Shown: one piece after another, positions 63,886 through 64,000 of the stretch
Numbering within the stretch: the stretch's first letter is position 1
Layout: every line of letters begins with the position of its first letter
Source: Takakia lepidozioides
Lineage: Eukaryota > Plantae > Bryophyta
Direction: 5' to 3'
Assembly: GCA_030704615.1 (NCBI GenBank)
Contig: CM060731.1
Span: forward strand, 68,820,001-68,884,000
DNA: 64,000 bases
Program-made: the position numbers and the translations under genes
Notes under the pieces: generated by a model
Told to the model about the DNA's origin: nothing
The model's database searches: none
Seen by the model: the letters and a program-made list of their open reading frames with translations, nothing else

Positions 63886-64000
63886 AATAGTAGCTTGAAC
63901 TTGTGTTGGCGAGACTGAGGAGTGTCCAGTCTCGCCTGCTATATATAGTAGCTACTAGGAAGTTCTCTAAGAAGCTTCCCCAATGGAAGTTTATTGATGG

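Overview
Eukaryotic nuclear DNA from a land plant, most likely a non-seed plant with C-to-U organelle RNA editing (inferred from PLS-DYW PPR genes, type-D nsLTPs and bryophyte/lycophyte-like TEs). The window is TE-rich and full of gene relics. It holds a full-length but degenerate Ty3/Gypsy chromovirus (999-7921, TTGCA TSD) nested in older retroelement remains, and two tail-to-tail FAD-monooxygenase relics around a kinase relic. There are three apparently intact type-D nsLTP genes plus a truncated fourth, two tandem pectate lyase genes (one intact, one with a single frameshift) and three PLS-PPR relics including a near full-length DYW pseudogene. Other TE remains are two Mutator-like transposase relics, several LINE fragments and a PHD-finger retroelement tail. 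The most unusual items are: (i) an intron-containing Crypton/DUF3504-type tyrosine recombinase relic (~33100-35050); (ii) a 1.74-kb non-autonomous Mutator-like element with a 9-bp TSD carrying seven ~35-bp palindromes, in which one 65-bp module is precisely inverted; (iii) a systematic basic-to-acidic charge switch between close nsLTP paralogs; (iv) an orphan myosin VIII-like exon between inverted TE ends. All family assignments come from motif recognition by eye; no searches were run.
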